Positions 12,301-25,601 of a stretch of DNA of 64,000 bases are shown piece after piece. The notes beneath the pieces were generated by a model. That model was not told the origin of the DNA, ran no database searches, and saw nothing but the letters and a program-made list of their open reading frames with translations. The translations under genes were made by a program, and so were the position numbers. The stretch's first letter is position 1. Each line of letters starts with the position of its first letter. The stretch comes from Octopus vulgaris (taxonomy: Eukaryota), in NCBI GenBank assembly GCA_951406725.2, contig OX597816.1:176638001-176702000 (forward strand), given 5' to 3'.

Positions 12301-13432
12301 TCAGATGTTGTCCGAGCTCTTCTTTCGTGCAATCCAATTTTCCGCTTTTACTTTCAGTAAATAGATGTTTCGCATATTGGTAGGGATTGATCACAAAGCT
12401 ATGATAGTTTTTTTCTCTCTCCTTTCTTCTGCTCCTCCTTCTTTGTTTTCTTAGCAGATCTCGATGCCTCTTTTTTATCTCTTCGTATAGCTGCTTTAGC
12501 CCTTCTCTTTCCTCCTCCTTTGCATCCCTCCATCTGGATCTGACTTTTTTCTTCTCTTCTTGAATCTTTGTGATCCGTCTTTCTCTCCTCGATGGTCTGC
12601 TCTTTGCCGTTGATTCTACCTTCCCTATTGTTTGCAGTCCAAATCTTTTCTCTCCTTCCTGGTAGATTGTATTAGCCAGGTTTTTGAGCTTTTGTTCATC
12701 ATCGCCTTTGAATTTGGTGATCATTCTTGCTACCTCGTTGTCAAATTTTTTATAACTCGCTGCGTCATTTGCTTTCGGCCACTTAATCTTTGTCCTCTTC
12801 ATGCCTATCACTCATTTTGATTGTTCCAATTCAACTGTAGAATGAACCTTGCTATGGTTATTTTCCAGGAGGTTCTGGCCACACGTCTTATGGTTTATCA
12901 ACCTGCATTGTTGAATTACTTTCTTCTGACACACCTTTCCTTGGTGGATTCTCAGCCCGATGTAACTAGCAAACACCTTTCCACAGCAGCTGAACTCCTC
13001 ATCTACCATTCCTTTACTGCTTCCTTTCTCATTGTTCATTTCCGGTCCAAGTCCATTTGGTTTTTTTCCATTCCTATTTGATCCTTTATTCTCCCCCTGT
13101 GGTCTAGGATCATGGGGGCATGATTTCCCATGTATTTTTCGTTGCAATTTTACCCCGGATCGGGCTGCAAGCCCATTTGATCCTTCGTTACACTGTCGTA
13201 CTGTCAAGCGTCTCTCCGCTTTGTCATCCCTCTTTCTGGATTGTCAGCAAGTCTTTCCCTGCAGTCAGTATCTGAGGAATTTCAACCGTGTTTCGTGGTC
13301 TGCTACCACAACAGCTCCTTTATAGGATCCAGTTAGCTCAAGACATCATCAGGAGGAACCATGTCCGGTTTCAGCCTCTACTCCTCTACTGTTTTGACAT
13401 GGCGGGGCCCCCCCTTTCGGAGGTGTCTTCAG
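9383..13432 (-). mobile_element. HERO-clade (R2 superfamily, restriction-like endonuclease) non-LTR retrotransposon, near full length but frameshifted
   Basis: N-terminal Zn finger CCGKVF..GLRIHQGKVC. RT motifs FRPISLLN, WLDLANAYGSVPH, GIAAGCTISV, AFIDDV. CCHC CRCGEKATVRHVLSNC-YTWRHNQVL. RLE motif PDLVL...ELTVPWEE. Confidence 0.9.
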
Positions 13433-13631
13433 TTATAACATGGAAAGGCATATTTAAAGCAAATAGAGTAATGCGTTCTTGTTTTCTAAGAAAACCCATT
13501 AGTTTCAGCTAGATCTGAACTGATGAACATCTGAAATATGCATGCAACTTATTCAAAATATTTTTACTTTTAGCCTTTACAGAAGTTTCATGCATGATTT
13601 AATTATGAATATTTTAAAAATACTTTTGCAG

Positions 13632-13757
13632 AACTCTGCTCTTTATAAGCACCTTGTTGATGCAGGGGTTACTGATATACCAGTTGAGAAATCCACTAAA
13701 AGCTCTGAGCCTAAAGAAGACGTTGAAGATGAATCTGTTGCTGCTTTCCCACCAGAA
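13632..13757 (+). CDS. VEZT: Vezatin coding exon (first found; equivalent to vertebrate exon 2)
   Basis: ttttgcag|AAC...GAA|gttagt. Encodes NSALYKHLVDAGVTD, matching the vezatin N-terminus NSPLYQYLQDLGHTD. Phase 0-0. Confidence 0.9.
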
Positions 13758-14328
13758 GTTAGTTCCTCTTTATTTTCTAGGAATTTATTCTGTAATAATT
13801 TATTTTTGTATCATTTTGTGTGGTTATGACTCTGCAGTAAGAAGTTTGCTTTCCAACCACATGTTGTCCACTGCTTGGTACTTTGGACAAGTGTCTTATA
13901 CTACTATGATGGGCTGCTGCATGTATATGTGTGTGTGTGTGTGTGTGTGTACTGCTGTCAGACATCAGGTGGTGGTTATAAATGAGCATCATTATCATGC
14001 AAGTGAGATTGTTCATTTTTAGTCTTCCATGAAAACATGTTTACCTATGGGGAAAATATTACCTAGCTTGGACACATGAAAATTGGCAACAGGTAGGGTG
14101 TCAAGCTATAGAAATTCTGCCTCAACAAATTCTATCTGACCTATGGAAAAGTGAACTGTAAATGATGATGATGTTGATGGTTCTGCTGCTGATGATGATG
14201 AGGACAATGAAAATCTTAGCATTTGATTCATATTTTTTCCCATCTCTAAACTGTAAAGACTTGTGCTTTATCAAAAGAAACACTCTTTTCAACACACTTC
14301 TAACTTCATTTATTAATCTATTTTTCAG

Positions 14329-14424
14329 AAGTCTGACAATGTGCAAACTAATATGGAGCTTCTGAAACAGGTCTTTAGAAAACTGAGAGAGTTTTCTTCC
14401 TTTGATCTTTTTATCATACAAATG
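14329..14424 (+). CDS. VEZT: Vezatin coding exon
   Basis: tttttcag|AAG...ATG|gtgagg, 96 nt, open frame KSDNVQTNMELLKQVFRKL..., phase 0-0. Sequence conservation is weak. Confidence 0.7.
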
Positions 14425-14609
14425 GTGAGGTTTCATTATTTACTTTGTTGATTTGTTGAGTAAATATTTCTTATTAATAAATTAGTTACCCAGAATATTT
14501 GTGACAAATGAAAATGATTCTTGACTGCTGAATACGGAACTTCTGATTTTCCATTTCTATTAGCTAGCAGAGTTCAGAGGAATTTTTTTTAATATCAAAT
14601 CAAATCAAA

Positions 14610-15235
14610 TCAAAAGAAATCAAAATAGATGAACATCAATGGAATTTGTATCCTTGTGGTACCAGTGCCGGTGGCACACAAGAAAACCATCCGAACGTGG
14701 GCGTAGCCAGTACCGCATCGACTGGCCTCCGTGCTGTGGGCACGTAACAAACACCATCCGATCGTGGCCGTTCGCCAGCCTCATCTGGCACCTGTGTCGG
14801 TGGCACATAAAAACACCATCCGATCGTGGCCGTTCGCCAGCCTCATCTGGCACCTGTGTCGGTGGCACATAAAAACACCATCCGATCGTGGCCGTTCGCC
14901 AGCCTCATCTGGCACCTGTGTCGGTGGCACATAAAAACACCATCCGAGCGTGGCCGTTCGCCAGCCTCGTCTGGCACCTGTGTCGGTGGCACATAAAAAC
15001 ACCATCCGAGCGTGGCCGTTCGCCAGCCTCGTCTGGCACCTGTGTCGGTGGCACATAAAATCACCCACTACACTCTCGGAGTGGTTGGCATTAGGAAGGG
15101 CATACAGCCGTAGAAACACTGCCAGATCTGACTGGCCTGGTGCAGCCTTCGGGCTCCCCAGACCCCAGTTGAACCGTCCAACCCATGCTAGCATGGAAAG
15201 CGGATGTTAAACGATGATGATGATGATGATGATGA
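14610..15235 (+). repeat. RTE 3'-tail-derived repeat with five 62-bp tandem units
   Basis: Units start at ~14750, 14812, 14874, 14936 and 14998; (GAT)n tail. Confidence 0.88.
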
Positions 15236-15371
15236 CTGCACCAACATTATTAACTAAAGAAGTATAGTAAGACATTGGTCATTCAATCAAGATGGGCAAG
15301 GAATAATTATGTTTGGATGTTTGATTTAATTGTAAACAAAGGAAGTCTTCTTGAAAGTGGGAGAAAGTGAG

Positions 15372-15665
15372 ACCCCCCCATGAATGACCATGAGACTACA
15401 CCTACAAAGTTCCCCGCTGAGGCACAAGTCCAAGCATGGTTGTTTATAGAAGACCAGCAGTTGCCCCTCTCCACACCACTGATATTGCCCAAGGGAAAGG
15501 CAAAGGCCAATACAGCTTGGCACCAGTAATGTCGCAACTCATTTCTACATTCGAGTGAACTGGAGCAATGTGAAATAAAGTGTCTTGCTCAAGAACATGA
15601 CACACAACCTGGTCTGGGACTCAAACTCACTACCTCATGATTGTGAGCCTAATGCTCTAACCACT
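15372..15665 (-). repeat. SINE family E
   Basis: Reverse complement of 31853-32172. Confidence 0.72.
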
Positions 15666-15919
15666 ATATAAAAAAAGCATGTTTGCAGAATTTTTGTCAT
15701 TCAGTTGATAAAATGTACTCCTCTGCAATTTTCAATACTTTTTCACCATGATTCAGATGCTGTCAAATTTCATTTTTCTGTTTGACTATCAGTGGCATTT
15801 CTTCCTCTTCTCAGACATAGTAACAACTGCAAACTTGAATACTTGGAACAGATATAGACTCAAAAGAAAGTGATAGTGTTGATGAAAGCACATCCTTGAG
15901 CATTTCTTATCATTTTGAT

Positions 15920-16535
15920 GCACATAAAAAACACCATCCGATCGTGGCCGTTCGCCAGCCTCGTCTGGCACCTGTGTCGGTGGCACATAAAAACACCATC
16001 CGAGCGTGGCCGTCTGCCAGCCTCGTCTGGCACCTGTGTCGGTGGCACATAAAAACACCATCCGAGCGTGGCCGTTCGCCAGCCTCGTCTGGCACCTGTG
16101 TCGGAGGCACATAAAAACACCATCCGAGCGTGGCCGTCTGCCAGCCTCGTCTGGCACCTGTGTCGGTGGCACATAAAAACACCATCCGAGCGTGGCCGTC
16201 TGCCAGCCTCGTCTGGCACCTGTGTCGGTGGCACATAAAAACACCATCCGAGCGTGGCCGTCTGCCAGCCTCGTCTGGCACCTGTGTCGGTGGCACATAA
16301 AAACACCATCCGAGCGTGGCCGTCTGCCAGCCTCGTCTGGCACCTGTGTCGGTGGCACATAAAATCACCCACTACACTCTCGGAGTGGTTGGCGTTAGGA
16401 AGGGCATCCAGCTGTAGAAACACTGCCAGATCTGACTGGCCTGGTGCAGCCCTCGAGCTTGCCAGACCCCAGTTGAACCGTCCAACCCATGCTAGCATGG
16501 AAAGCGGACGTTAAACGATGATGATGATGATGATG
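15920..16535 (+). repeat. RTE 3'-tail-derived repeat with seven 62-bp tandem units
   Basis: Units recur every 62 bp from ~15930 to ~16363; (GAT)n tail. Confidence 0.9.
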
Positions 16536-16957
16536 TTTAAAGTGTCAAAACAAATTAATGAAACTGTTAACACGTATTTTTGATAACTGTAAACAAAAGA
16601 CAAGATCATCACTTATAATATCTTTATGTGTTGCTCAATAATTTGAACTTATTTTAAGTTATAGTGAATAAAATATGAAAAAGCAGTACCAATATTAATC
16701 TTCAATTTGGGTTTCACATAGTTTGGATAATTAAATAATATTTACAGAAGCTTGAGGTCTTGTATCCCCAGATAACTGAAGTTTGACTATATAAGATTAC
16801 ACTTTTTTCAGAATTAGCTATATTGAACATTTAATGCTATACTGCACACATTGAGGAGTTTCCTTAGTGTGTGTGTGTGTGTGTGTGTGGCAGTTAATTT
16901 TCTTATTACAAATGAGAAATAAAGCACAGTTTTTTTTATTATTTTACACTTTTATAG

Positions 16958-17103
16958 TATTGCCATTTCAACTGTCAGATTCTGCATCAAGTGGCCCGCA
17001 ACAAATCTTTGGAAGATGATGATAAAATATTTCTAGAAAATTTCATAGTGGAAACAGAAAATGTAGGAAAGGCTTGGAAGATTCAAACATTCATATTATG
17101 CTG
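16958..17103 (+). CDS. VEZT: Vezatin coding exon
   Basis: ttttatag|TAT...TG|gtaggt. ILHQVARNKSLEDDDKIFLE resembles vezatin SLHTILQQEVLLQEDVELIE. Phase 0-2. Confidence 0.8.
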
Positions 17104-17491
17104 GTAGGTTGCAAAACTTTTGAAAACAATTTTCCCTCTCCTAAAATGACTCATGCTGATACGGGAACTGGATGTTGAATAAGACACTCCTAGTGTCATA
17201 GATAATTACAAGCTTAAGGAATATGGATAAGAAATGATTACTGATACATATCAATAATTTTTCTGTTTTGATGATCTAATGCTATAAAACTGTAAAAAAA
17301 ATTCCTTGAATGCTAAATTTATTCACAAAAAATATTGAGAAATATGTTACTTTTAGCTAATTATATAAATTATTTCGAAAATGTATCGTATTTAGTGTTG
17401 GTAAGATTAATACTAATAGTTTGTATGGGCAGTTTAATGGGTGGAAACTGCACCGTAGGCTGTCAGCTGTCTGTCTGTGTGTACATTACAT

Positions 17492-17722
17492 ATATTTCTT
17501 TACTACCCACAAAGGGCTAAACACAGAGGGGACTAACAAGGACAGACAAAGGGATTAAGTCTATTATATCGACCCCAGTGCGTAACTGGTACTTAATTTA
17601 TCGACCCCGAAAGGATGAAAGGCAAAGTCGACCTCGGCAGAACTTGAACTCGGAACGTAACGACAGACGAAATACGGCTACGCATTTCGCCCAGCGTGCT
17701 AACGTTTCTACCAGCTCGCCGC
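17492..17722 (-). repeat. SINE family B (variant tail)
   Basis: Reverse complement of 34095-34322. Confidence 0.85.
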
Positions 17723-18832
17723 ATATCATCATCATTGTTTCACATCCATATTCCATGCTGGCATGGGTCAGATGGTTCAACAGAATTCAGTGATCCAGAG
17801 GCCTGTGTTGAATTCCAGTGTCTGCTTTGGCATGGTTTCTTCAGTTGGCTGCTCTTCTTAATGCCGACCACTTTACAAGTGTACTGGATGATTTTTTTGT
17901 GTTTGTCTCGCCGGTAGTAGTGAGATCACTGAGTAACTCATAAAACAGGACCCCTCGACAGAATTGGGGTGTAGTTTTGAGCAAGGTAGTTTTGTTAACA
18001 GATAACTTGCTATAGGTGAGATATATGGCTACTCCTGTAGGAAAGGAAAAAGAATGGTAGAGATGAGGTGTCAGTATATACCCTCAAAGTACAAAAAGGT
18101 GGATAAATAGAAAATTGAGGATGAGTTAGTGGGTAGTTTTGTTAGCATATGAAGGAAGGATGATAGACGATTAGAGATGGGGATAGAGGTGAATGCAGTG
18201 AATAATGAACATGAGTGGAGAGATGTAGATAATGGTTAATCTCAGTTTGGAGTGGGGAGGTAAAGGAAAATGGGAGGGGGCCAGGGAAGAGTAGGTTATA
18301 GATGGCAATATATAAAAAGGGGTGGTGGAGAGTACCAGTATGATAAAACTATAGGGAGATGATGTTAGGTGAGGGAGAGAGAAGAGGCACAGTGACAGAG
18401 ATGGAGGTCAGAGGTATGTTAGAGTGGATAATGTGAGTAACACAAGGGGCTGTTAGCAGGTATTAGAGGGTGTTTAGGGGAAAGGGGCATTCCATGGAAA
18501 AGAAAGTGGTAAGTAGTGATGTGGAGAGTGTAGGAATGGATGACAAGGGAAGTGGTTCCTAGGAAAGGGATAACTGGTAACATAAAGGCTGGGATGAGAT
18601 ATGTGCAGTTCTGCTCTCGTGTAATTACAGCAGCTGAGGAAATAGTGCCACAGTTAGAAAGGCAAAAGATGAGTTATGAGGAAGGCTTAACAATTGCAGA
18701 ATGGTGTGAGGCATAGATATTAATGATATATCTTTGGGATTTTCATTATGAAATAGACAGGTCTTCTTGAGCATGACATAGTGCCAATCACTTAGATCCT
18801 TTGGCATTTCCTCATTTCCTCAATGTGTGTAC

Positions 18833-18844
<12 letters not shown>

Positions 18845-18873
<29 letters not shown>

Positions 18874-19230
18874 AATTATTGTATACAGTGCTCAGGTGCA
18901 CCACAACTTGTCAGAAAGTGCATATAAAGTAGATGCAGCAATGTAGAAATGTCTGGAAAGTGAACAGTGTATGAGTCAGATACATGCTTGTGTGTGTATG
19001 GAGGGGAGAAAATCAAGTGTAGTGTTGGCGAATCTCAGGAAGCATGGAAGTTTTGAAGGATGCAGTGCTCCGACAACTAACAACTGATGCCGGCAGTTTG
19101 TTCCATGCTTCAGCAACTCTCAGAGTGAAAAAATGTTTCCTGAAGTCATGGGAGCTGTGCTGTTTTCTGACTTTGTAAATATGTCCACAGGTGTTAGATG
19201 GGTGGAGTTTGAAGAGGTGCTGAGAGTTAT
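18845..19230 (-). mobile_element. CR1/L2-type LINE 3' fragment (same family as 2280)
   Basis: Reverse-complement match to ~2480-2830, with a (TAA)n tail. Confidence 0.88.
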
Positions 19231-19611
19231 ATATATATATATATATATATAAGTAAATAAAGGGAGTTGAACGAAGATGTTATTAAAATTCTTTTACTTT
19301 CAACATATGTTTCGAAGACATATGTTTATTGAATTTTCCATGTTAACGGTAAACAAAGGATAATTCATTCATCCAGTTAAATATACGGGTTGCAAATTCT
19401 GTTTGTTTGTGGAGACTTTTTTACTAGTAGGAGAAATGGTGACCTATTTGGCTGCCATTTCTAATATTTTCTGTATGTGGTTTTGAGCAACTTGTTGCAA
19501 TTAACCCTTTATTATAATTGATATAATCTTTACCAAATATGGTCTTTTCCATACCGATAAAACTACTAGGTGAAATTTATTAATTTTATTAAATTAATAT
19601 TTCACCCTTTT

Positions 19612-19612
<1 letters not shown>

Positions 19613-19683
<71 letters not shown>

Positions 19684-19888
19684 ATTTAGGAATGGTCATG
19701 TTGCCAGTTTAGCCAATATGTATATATATATATACATATGTATATACGTATATATACACGGATATATATACACACACAGACACACACACACTCGTTTGAG
19801 ATGTTTTGTTTTGTATGGGGAGACCACAGGGGGCAGCAGTATTCGAGGTGTGGTCATACAAATATATATGTATATATATATGTGAATA

Positions 19889-19924
<36 letters not shown>

Positions 19925-20060
19925 TGTATGTATGTATGTATGTATGTATGTATGTATATGTATGTATGTATGTATGTATATGTATGTATGTATGTATATA
20001 TATATATGTATATATACGAATATATATATATATTCGTATATATACATATTTATATATATA
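19613..20060. repeat. (TA)n/(TATG)n compound microsatellite
   Basis: Direct inspection of the sequence. Confidence 0.9.
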
Positions 20061-20061
20061 C

Positions 20062-22370
20062 GAATTTCCAGACCCGGAGTTACGTGGTGGTGTAATAATA
20101 CGGTAGACAAATCCATTAGAGCAAAGAAACAAGCCTAGAAAGCCTGGAGGTATGGGGGTAGCAAGGAACTGTATCAGGTAGCCAAAAGGGAGGCTGGCCA
20201 GCAGGTATACAGAGACGTGAGGACCAAAGAACTGAGGGATTTCAGATTGCTAGAATGTGTGCGAGAGAAAATTGTGATGTCAACGGAGAAAAATGTGTCC
20301 GCATGGATGATAGTGCACTTGCTTTTAGTGATTCTGAAAAGAAAGAGGCTTGGAGAAGCCATTATGAAAGACTGCTGAATGTGGAGAATGAATGGGAGGA
20401 GAGCCTTCCAAATGTTGACCCAGTAGAGGGACCAGCTATCCCAATAAGACAGCTCCCTAGTAGTTAAAGCAATTAAGGGTATGAAACCAGGAAAAGCCCC
20501 TGGCCCATCAGGAATCACTGCTGAGATGCTTAAAGCATCTGGTGGTGTAGGCTATGGCTTAGTCTCCCGCATTGTAAACCAGGTAGTTCATAATGGAGTC
20601 ATACCCAATGACTGGCGTAGCAGCACCATAGTCAACTGCTACAAGGGTAAAGGTGATGCTCTAGATAGAAATAACTACAGGAGTATTAAACTGCTGGATC
20701 AGGTAATGAAGGTCACAGAGAGGGTCATAGTCCATCTCATTAGGGAGAGGGTCTGCTTAGATGAGATGTAGTTCGGTTTTGTTTCGGGTAGAAGCACCAC
20801 TGATGCTATATTCCTGGTCCGACAACTGCAGGAGAAATACCTAGCTAAAGATAAACCCCTCTACATAGCTTTTGTGGACTTGGAGAAAGCCTTTGACAGA
20901 ATCCCCCAATCCCTTATCTGGTGGGCAATGTGGAAACTAGAGATTGACGAATTGTTGATAAGGGCTGTACAGGCCCTAAGCAGAGAGGTTAGGATTGGCA
21001 ATGAATGTAGTGAAGAATTCCAGGTAGAAGTAGGGGTCCACCAAGGTTCAGCCCTCAGTCCCCTTCTATTCATCATATTCCTCCAGGCAATAACAAAGAA
21101 ATTCAAGACATTGCCCCTGGGAGCTCCTCTATGCTGATGACTTGGCCCTCATAGCAGAATCACTACTGGAACTAGAAAAGAAATTTCGGGTGTGGAAGCT
21201 AGGTTTAGAATCAAAAAGCCTTAGAGTAAATGTAGCAAAGACCAAAGTTATAGTAAGTAGGAAGGCGAACTCATCACACACCCCCTCAGGTAGGTGGCCC
21301 TGCTCGATCTGTAGAAAAGGTGTAGGTAGAAACTCCATAAGATGTACCTAGTGTAAGCTATGGACGCATAAGAAGTGCAGCAACATCAAAGGAAAATTAA
21401 CCGAGAAGATAGCTTTCGTGTGTGGCAGATGCATAGAGGCAATAGACACCACAGATACTCAGAAAACAGATTCCATCACACTCCAGGGGGAGAAACTAGA
21501 AGTAGTTGATAGTTTCCTCTACCTAGGCGACCAAGTTAGTAGTGGAGGTGGATGCTCAGAGAGTGTCACCACTAGAATACAAATAGCCTGGGTAAAGTTT
21601 AGAAAGCTTCTACCCCTACTGGTGACAAAGGGTCTCTCGCTCAGAGTGAAAGGTAGATTGTACGATGCATGTATGCGAACTGCCATGCTTCACAATAGTG
21701 AAACATCGGCTGTGACTGCAGAGGACATGTGTAGGCTTGAAAGAAATGAAGCTAGCATGATCTGCTGGATGTGTAATGTCAGTGTGCACACACGACAGAG
21801 TGTAAGTGCCCTGAGAGAAATGCTGAACATAAGAAGCATTGGATGTGGTGTGCAAGAGAGACGCTTGCGCTGGTATGGTCATGTATTATGGATGGATGAG
21901 GAGAGATGTATGAAGAAGTGCCACTCCCAAACAGTTGAAGGAATCCGGGGAAGAGGGAGACCCAGGAAGACATGGGATGAGGTGGTCAAGCATGATCTTC
22001 GAACGTTGCGCTTCACAGAGGCAATGATGAAAGACCAAGATCTCTGGAAATATACTGTGACTGCAAAGACCTGACAAATAATGTGAGTTCATGGCTGTTT
22101 CTTGTACCAGTTTTGCATCCAAAGCACCTTGGATCGGAGAATGACCTGCTGTGTTTACCTTGGATTTTAGGGTGACCTGCTGTGCTTTAGGAGACCTATC
22201 GAGTCAAGTACATCAACATCAAAATAAATATCAAATGGAAATTGTAGTTGTAATACCTGTGCTGGTGGCACATAAAAAGCACCATCCGAATGTGGCTGAT
22301 GCCAACGCCGCCTTGATTGGCTTCTGTGTGGGTGGCATGTAAAAAGCACCAACCGATCGTGGCTGCTGGA
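20062..22370 (+). mobile_element. RTE-clade LINE, 5'-truncated and decayed
   Basis: GKAPGPSGI, NYRSIKLL, FVDLEKAFDRI, GVHQGSALSPLLF, LYADD and GRGRPRKTW motifs. The 3' UTR carries the ggcacataaaaagcacc unit. Confidence 0.93.
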
Positions 22371-23949
22371 AGAGTAGGGTATGATATTCTTACTGATTTA
22401 TTAGAAATTATTTTATAATATTTATGGGAAGCAGGGAAGTTTTTTTTTCTAGTATAGACATAAATCTGCCGTATATATTCATAGAGATCGCACAGTTGAA
22501 GGGGATATTACATTATTAATACATTTTTTCTTTTGAAATTTTTATTTGAGTAAGGGTGGGAAAGATTAATGTTATCCATATTCTTTCAAGATTCGTTATT
22601 TACTATAGTCTTATATTTATGTTTATTAGGTTTTTTCTTTGTGGGAGAGATTTTTATATTATTATTTTCCTGTAACTTTTACCTCTTTTCCACTGTTCAA
22701 TAATTAAGTTTTTCACTGAATTTGTGAGTTCTTTACTTTTCGCCATTATTACAATACTACTTTATGTTGTCTCAGTGCTGAATGAAGAAGCTAGCGTTTT
22801 GACACTTACAAATGACAACTGATAAGATCATTGGAACAAACGAAAATGTTCTAGTAAAAAGAATTATTTTAACAGTATTTTGTGGCATAGAAAATCATAA
22901 ATTTATTCTGTAAGAATACTTTTTTCATCCCTAAATATTTATAATTGTATATAAATTCATTAGTTACTATAATTTATTAGTTTCTTTTGCATATTCTTAG
23001 TTTATGCATGTGTATGCAAATATAGTATTGGTATATCCCATTTATGTTCATTAGAAATAAAATAAATAAACAATTTTGACATGTACGAAATTTTTTCCTC
23101 CCAGTGTATATATATATATATATATATACATACACACAGACACATATACATCTATAAATTTACATATATATACATACATATATATGTACACATATATACA
23201 TACATGAATTTATACATATATATACATACATATAAATCTATATATAGATATGCACCTCTGTACTTATACATCTATACATATACATACATATGTGGCAGAT
23301 ATATATATATATATATATGTATGTATGCATGTATATATATATGAATTATATATGTGAGATAATAGTTTCACTTTAATAGTTTAGTATTAATAGAGAAACT
23401 ATTAAACTGAATGCATCTTACATTACAATAGAGCGATGCTATTGTTTCACTTTTGACATGTAATACTGAAATAGTATAAGAGATAGATTGCTCTGGGATC
23501 GCATTTGGCAGAAGTTGAAAATTTCTTTGGCCCATGACACTGCATGGACTGCAAGTAAAGCATGTATGAAATTTGAATGAAATCATTGGGTAGTTCTCAA
23601 GTTTTAGGGATTCACACAGACAGACAGACAGATAGACACATTCTCAGTTTTATATATTAAGAATATATTTATATATATACATACATATGTGTGTGTGTGT
23701 GTTTATGCCTCATTGTCTTGACTTTGTGTGATAGTTGTAAAAACGGTTGTCACTGTAATATAAGCTGTCATTCATTTTGAGTATTCTGTGAGAACATGCC
23801 TAGCCATAGGGAAATATTACCTTACTTGGAAACAGGTGAAGGTTGAGGACAGGAAAGACATCCAGCCATAAAATCTGTCTCAATAAACTCTGTCCAACCC
23901 ATGGAAGAGGGGATGATAAAATGACAATGATGATGTTTTATCACTTGGC

Positions 23950-24215
23950 TGGCTCCGTGCCGGTGGCACGTTAAAAGCACCAACCGATCGTGGCCGATGC
24001 TAGACCCCCCCTGGCACCTGTGCAGGTGGCATGTAAAAAGCACCCACTACACTCGCGGAGTGGTTGGTGTTAGGAAGGGCATCCAGCTGTAGAAACACTG
24101 CCAGATCAGACTGGAGCCTGGTGCGGCCCCTGACTTCCCAGACCCCGGTCGAACCGTCCAACCCGTGCTAGCGCGGAAAACGGATGTTAAACGATGATGA
24201 TGATGATGATGATGG
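23950..24215 (+). repeat. RTE 3'-tail-derived repeat
   Basis: ...gccagatcagactgg...aaacgatgatgat. Confidence 0.82.
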
Positions 24216-25005
24216 TGACAGTAATGCGAGATTTTATCATCAAGATTATAGCTACAAGGGGCAGACACTCTACCTAAAGCAGTGTCAACAAAATAAAAAT
24301 GGTGTACTATGCTAATGTGTTAACTAAAATACTGAGACATTGTTCATTGGTAAGTTGTAAATGAATTTAGCTGCAGGTGTTTTAAGAAAGATAAATTTTG
24401 TCTCACTGTGCAAATAGATCCGGTAGTAAAACCTTTGAATGATGAATAGTTATACTTGTAAAATGGATTGAAGAACATCTCAACTAGGTTTCACTTATCA
24501 TTCACAAGCTTGACAAGAAATATTTACTTCATCTGTTCTTTTGAGAGGGTACAGTATACAGCTACTTATGAAAAATATAACAAACAATACTTTCTGCCTG
24601 TGGTCATTTGCATATCGGTACATTAGTTGGTGCCACATATTAATTGAAGTATTGAGCTAGTGTATTTGTGGATAAGTTATGTGTACATTTAATGCAAAAA
24701 TGACTTCTTCATTTTTTTATATGTAGCTCTGTAGTATGTTCCCTTCCTCTCTGTTGAACAGGTGAAATAAACACTTCAGTTGTCCAAAATGTCCTTCAAC
24801 TTTATTTTAAAAATTATTCAGTAGGAAGTGTAGTTGCTATTTAGATTAACAGATTCTAAATATTAAGGAATTAATTTAGAAGACCTACCGTTTTCCTTAG
24901 ATTTTCATTATATTTAATGTTTATGATACAAATTTTTCAATTGTCTCCATGATATGAAATGATTAAAATAACAAAAAACATGATTTATTCTGTTTTATTT
25001 TTCAG

Positions 25006-25296
25006 TTTGTACCCAATCTTTATCTTCCTTTCGCTGTATTTATTGTGCCTTTACAGTCCAGTGGCTGCTATTCTTATTATGAACCCAAACATTTGTCTGT
25101 TTCGAGTATTAGTAAAATTTTATATCCTCTTTCTGATTGTCCTCTCACTGTGGATACTTTGGCACATATTAAATTTGAAACACACAGCAAGCTGTATCAA
25201 AGCCCTTGTTCAACAGATTGAGGAATCATACTTGCTTTTCAAGAAATCATTGCGATTGATTCAAGAAGTAGAACTTGTCCAAAGAGGATTTACATT
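25006..25296 (+). CDS. VEZT: Vezatin coding exon (two hydrophobic TM segments)
   Basis: ttttcag|T...TT|gtaagt. KKSLRLIQEVELVQRGFTL matches vezatin RKALRLIQETEVISRGFTL. Phase 2-2. Confidence 0.95.
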
Positions 25297-25601
25297 GTAA
25301 GTGATAACTTCTGCATTTGGAAATTACCAAACATTGATTAATATTGTTTCAAAAGGAGAGAAAGTAATTTTTCTTGTTACTTGCTTTTTTTATATATTTG
25401 ATGATTATTTAATCTTTTCGTGACTAAATTTATTTGCTGTAAATTTAAATCTTTAAAATTCTAACTTTAATATATACATTACTTGTAACAGTTCTAAATT
25501 TGAACTTAAAATCTAAGCAGAATTAATGAAAATAACTCCTATTATTTCAAACTTATTTGAAATTGTTTTAATATGAATTACTTTTGTGTGATTCTTACGG
25601 C

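Noticed and set aside
13455-13485. CTGATGA-acatct-GAAA motif on the + strand
   Set aside because: No stem II or stem I pairing; a chance match.
15789-15900. Possible extra VEZT exon
   Set aside because: No vezatin similarity or clean donor, and the flanking exons already join in phase.
14750-16363. CRISPR-like array of hairpin repeats
   Set aside because: The units are contiguous 62-bp tandem repeats with no unique spacers, no cas genes are present, and the context is a eukaryotic retroelement.
17950-18620. Strongly purine-skewed tract (similar skews at 37640-37960 and 43690-44080)
   Set aside because: No ORF or recognisable motif; probably an old repeat remnant that cannot be assigned.
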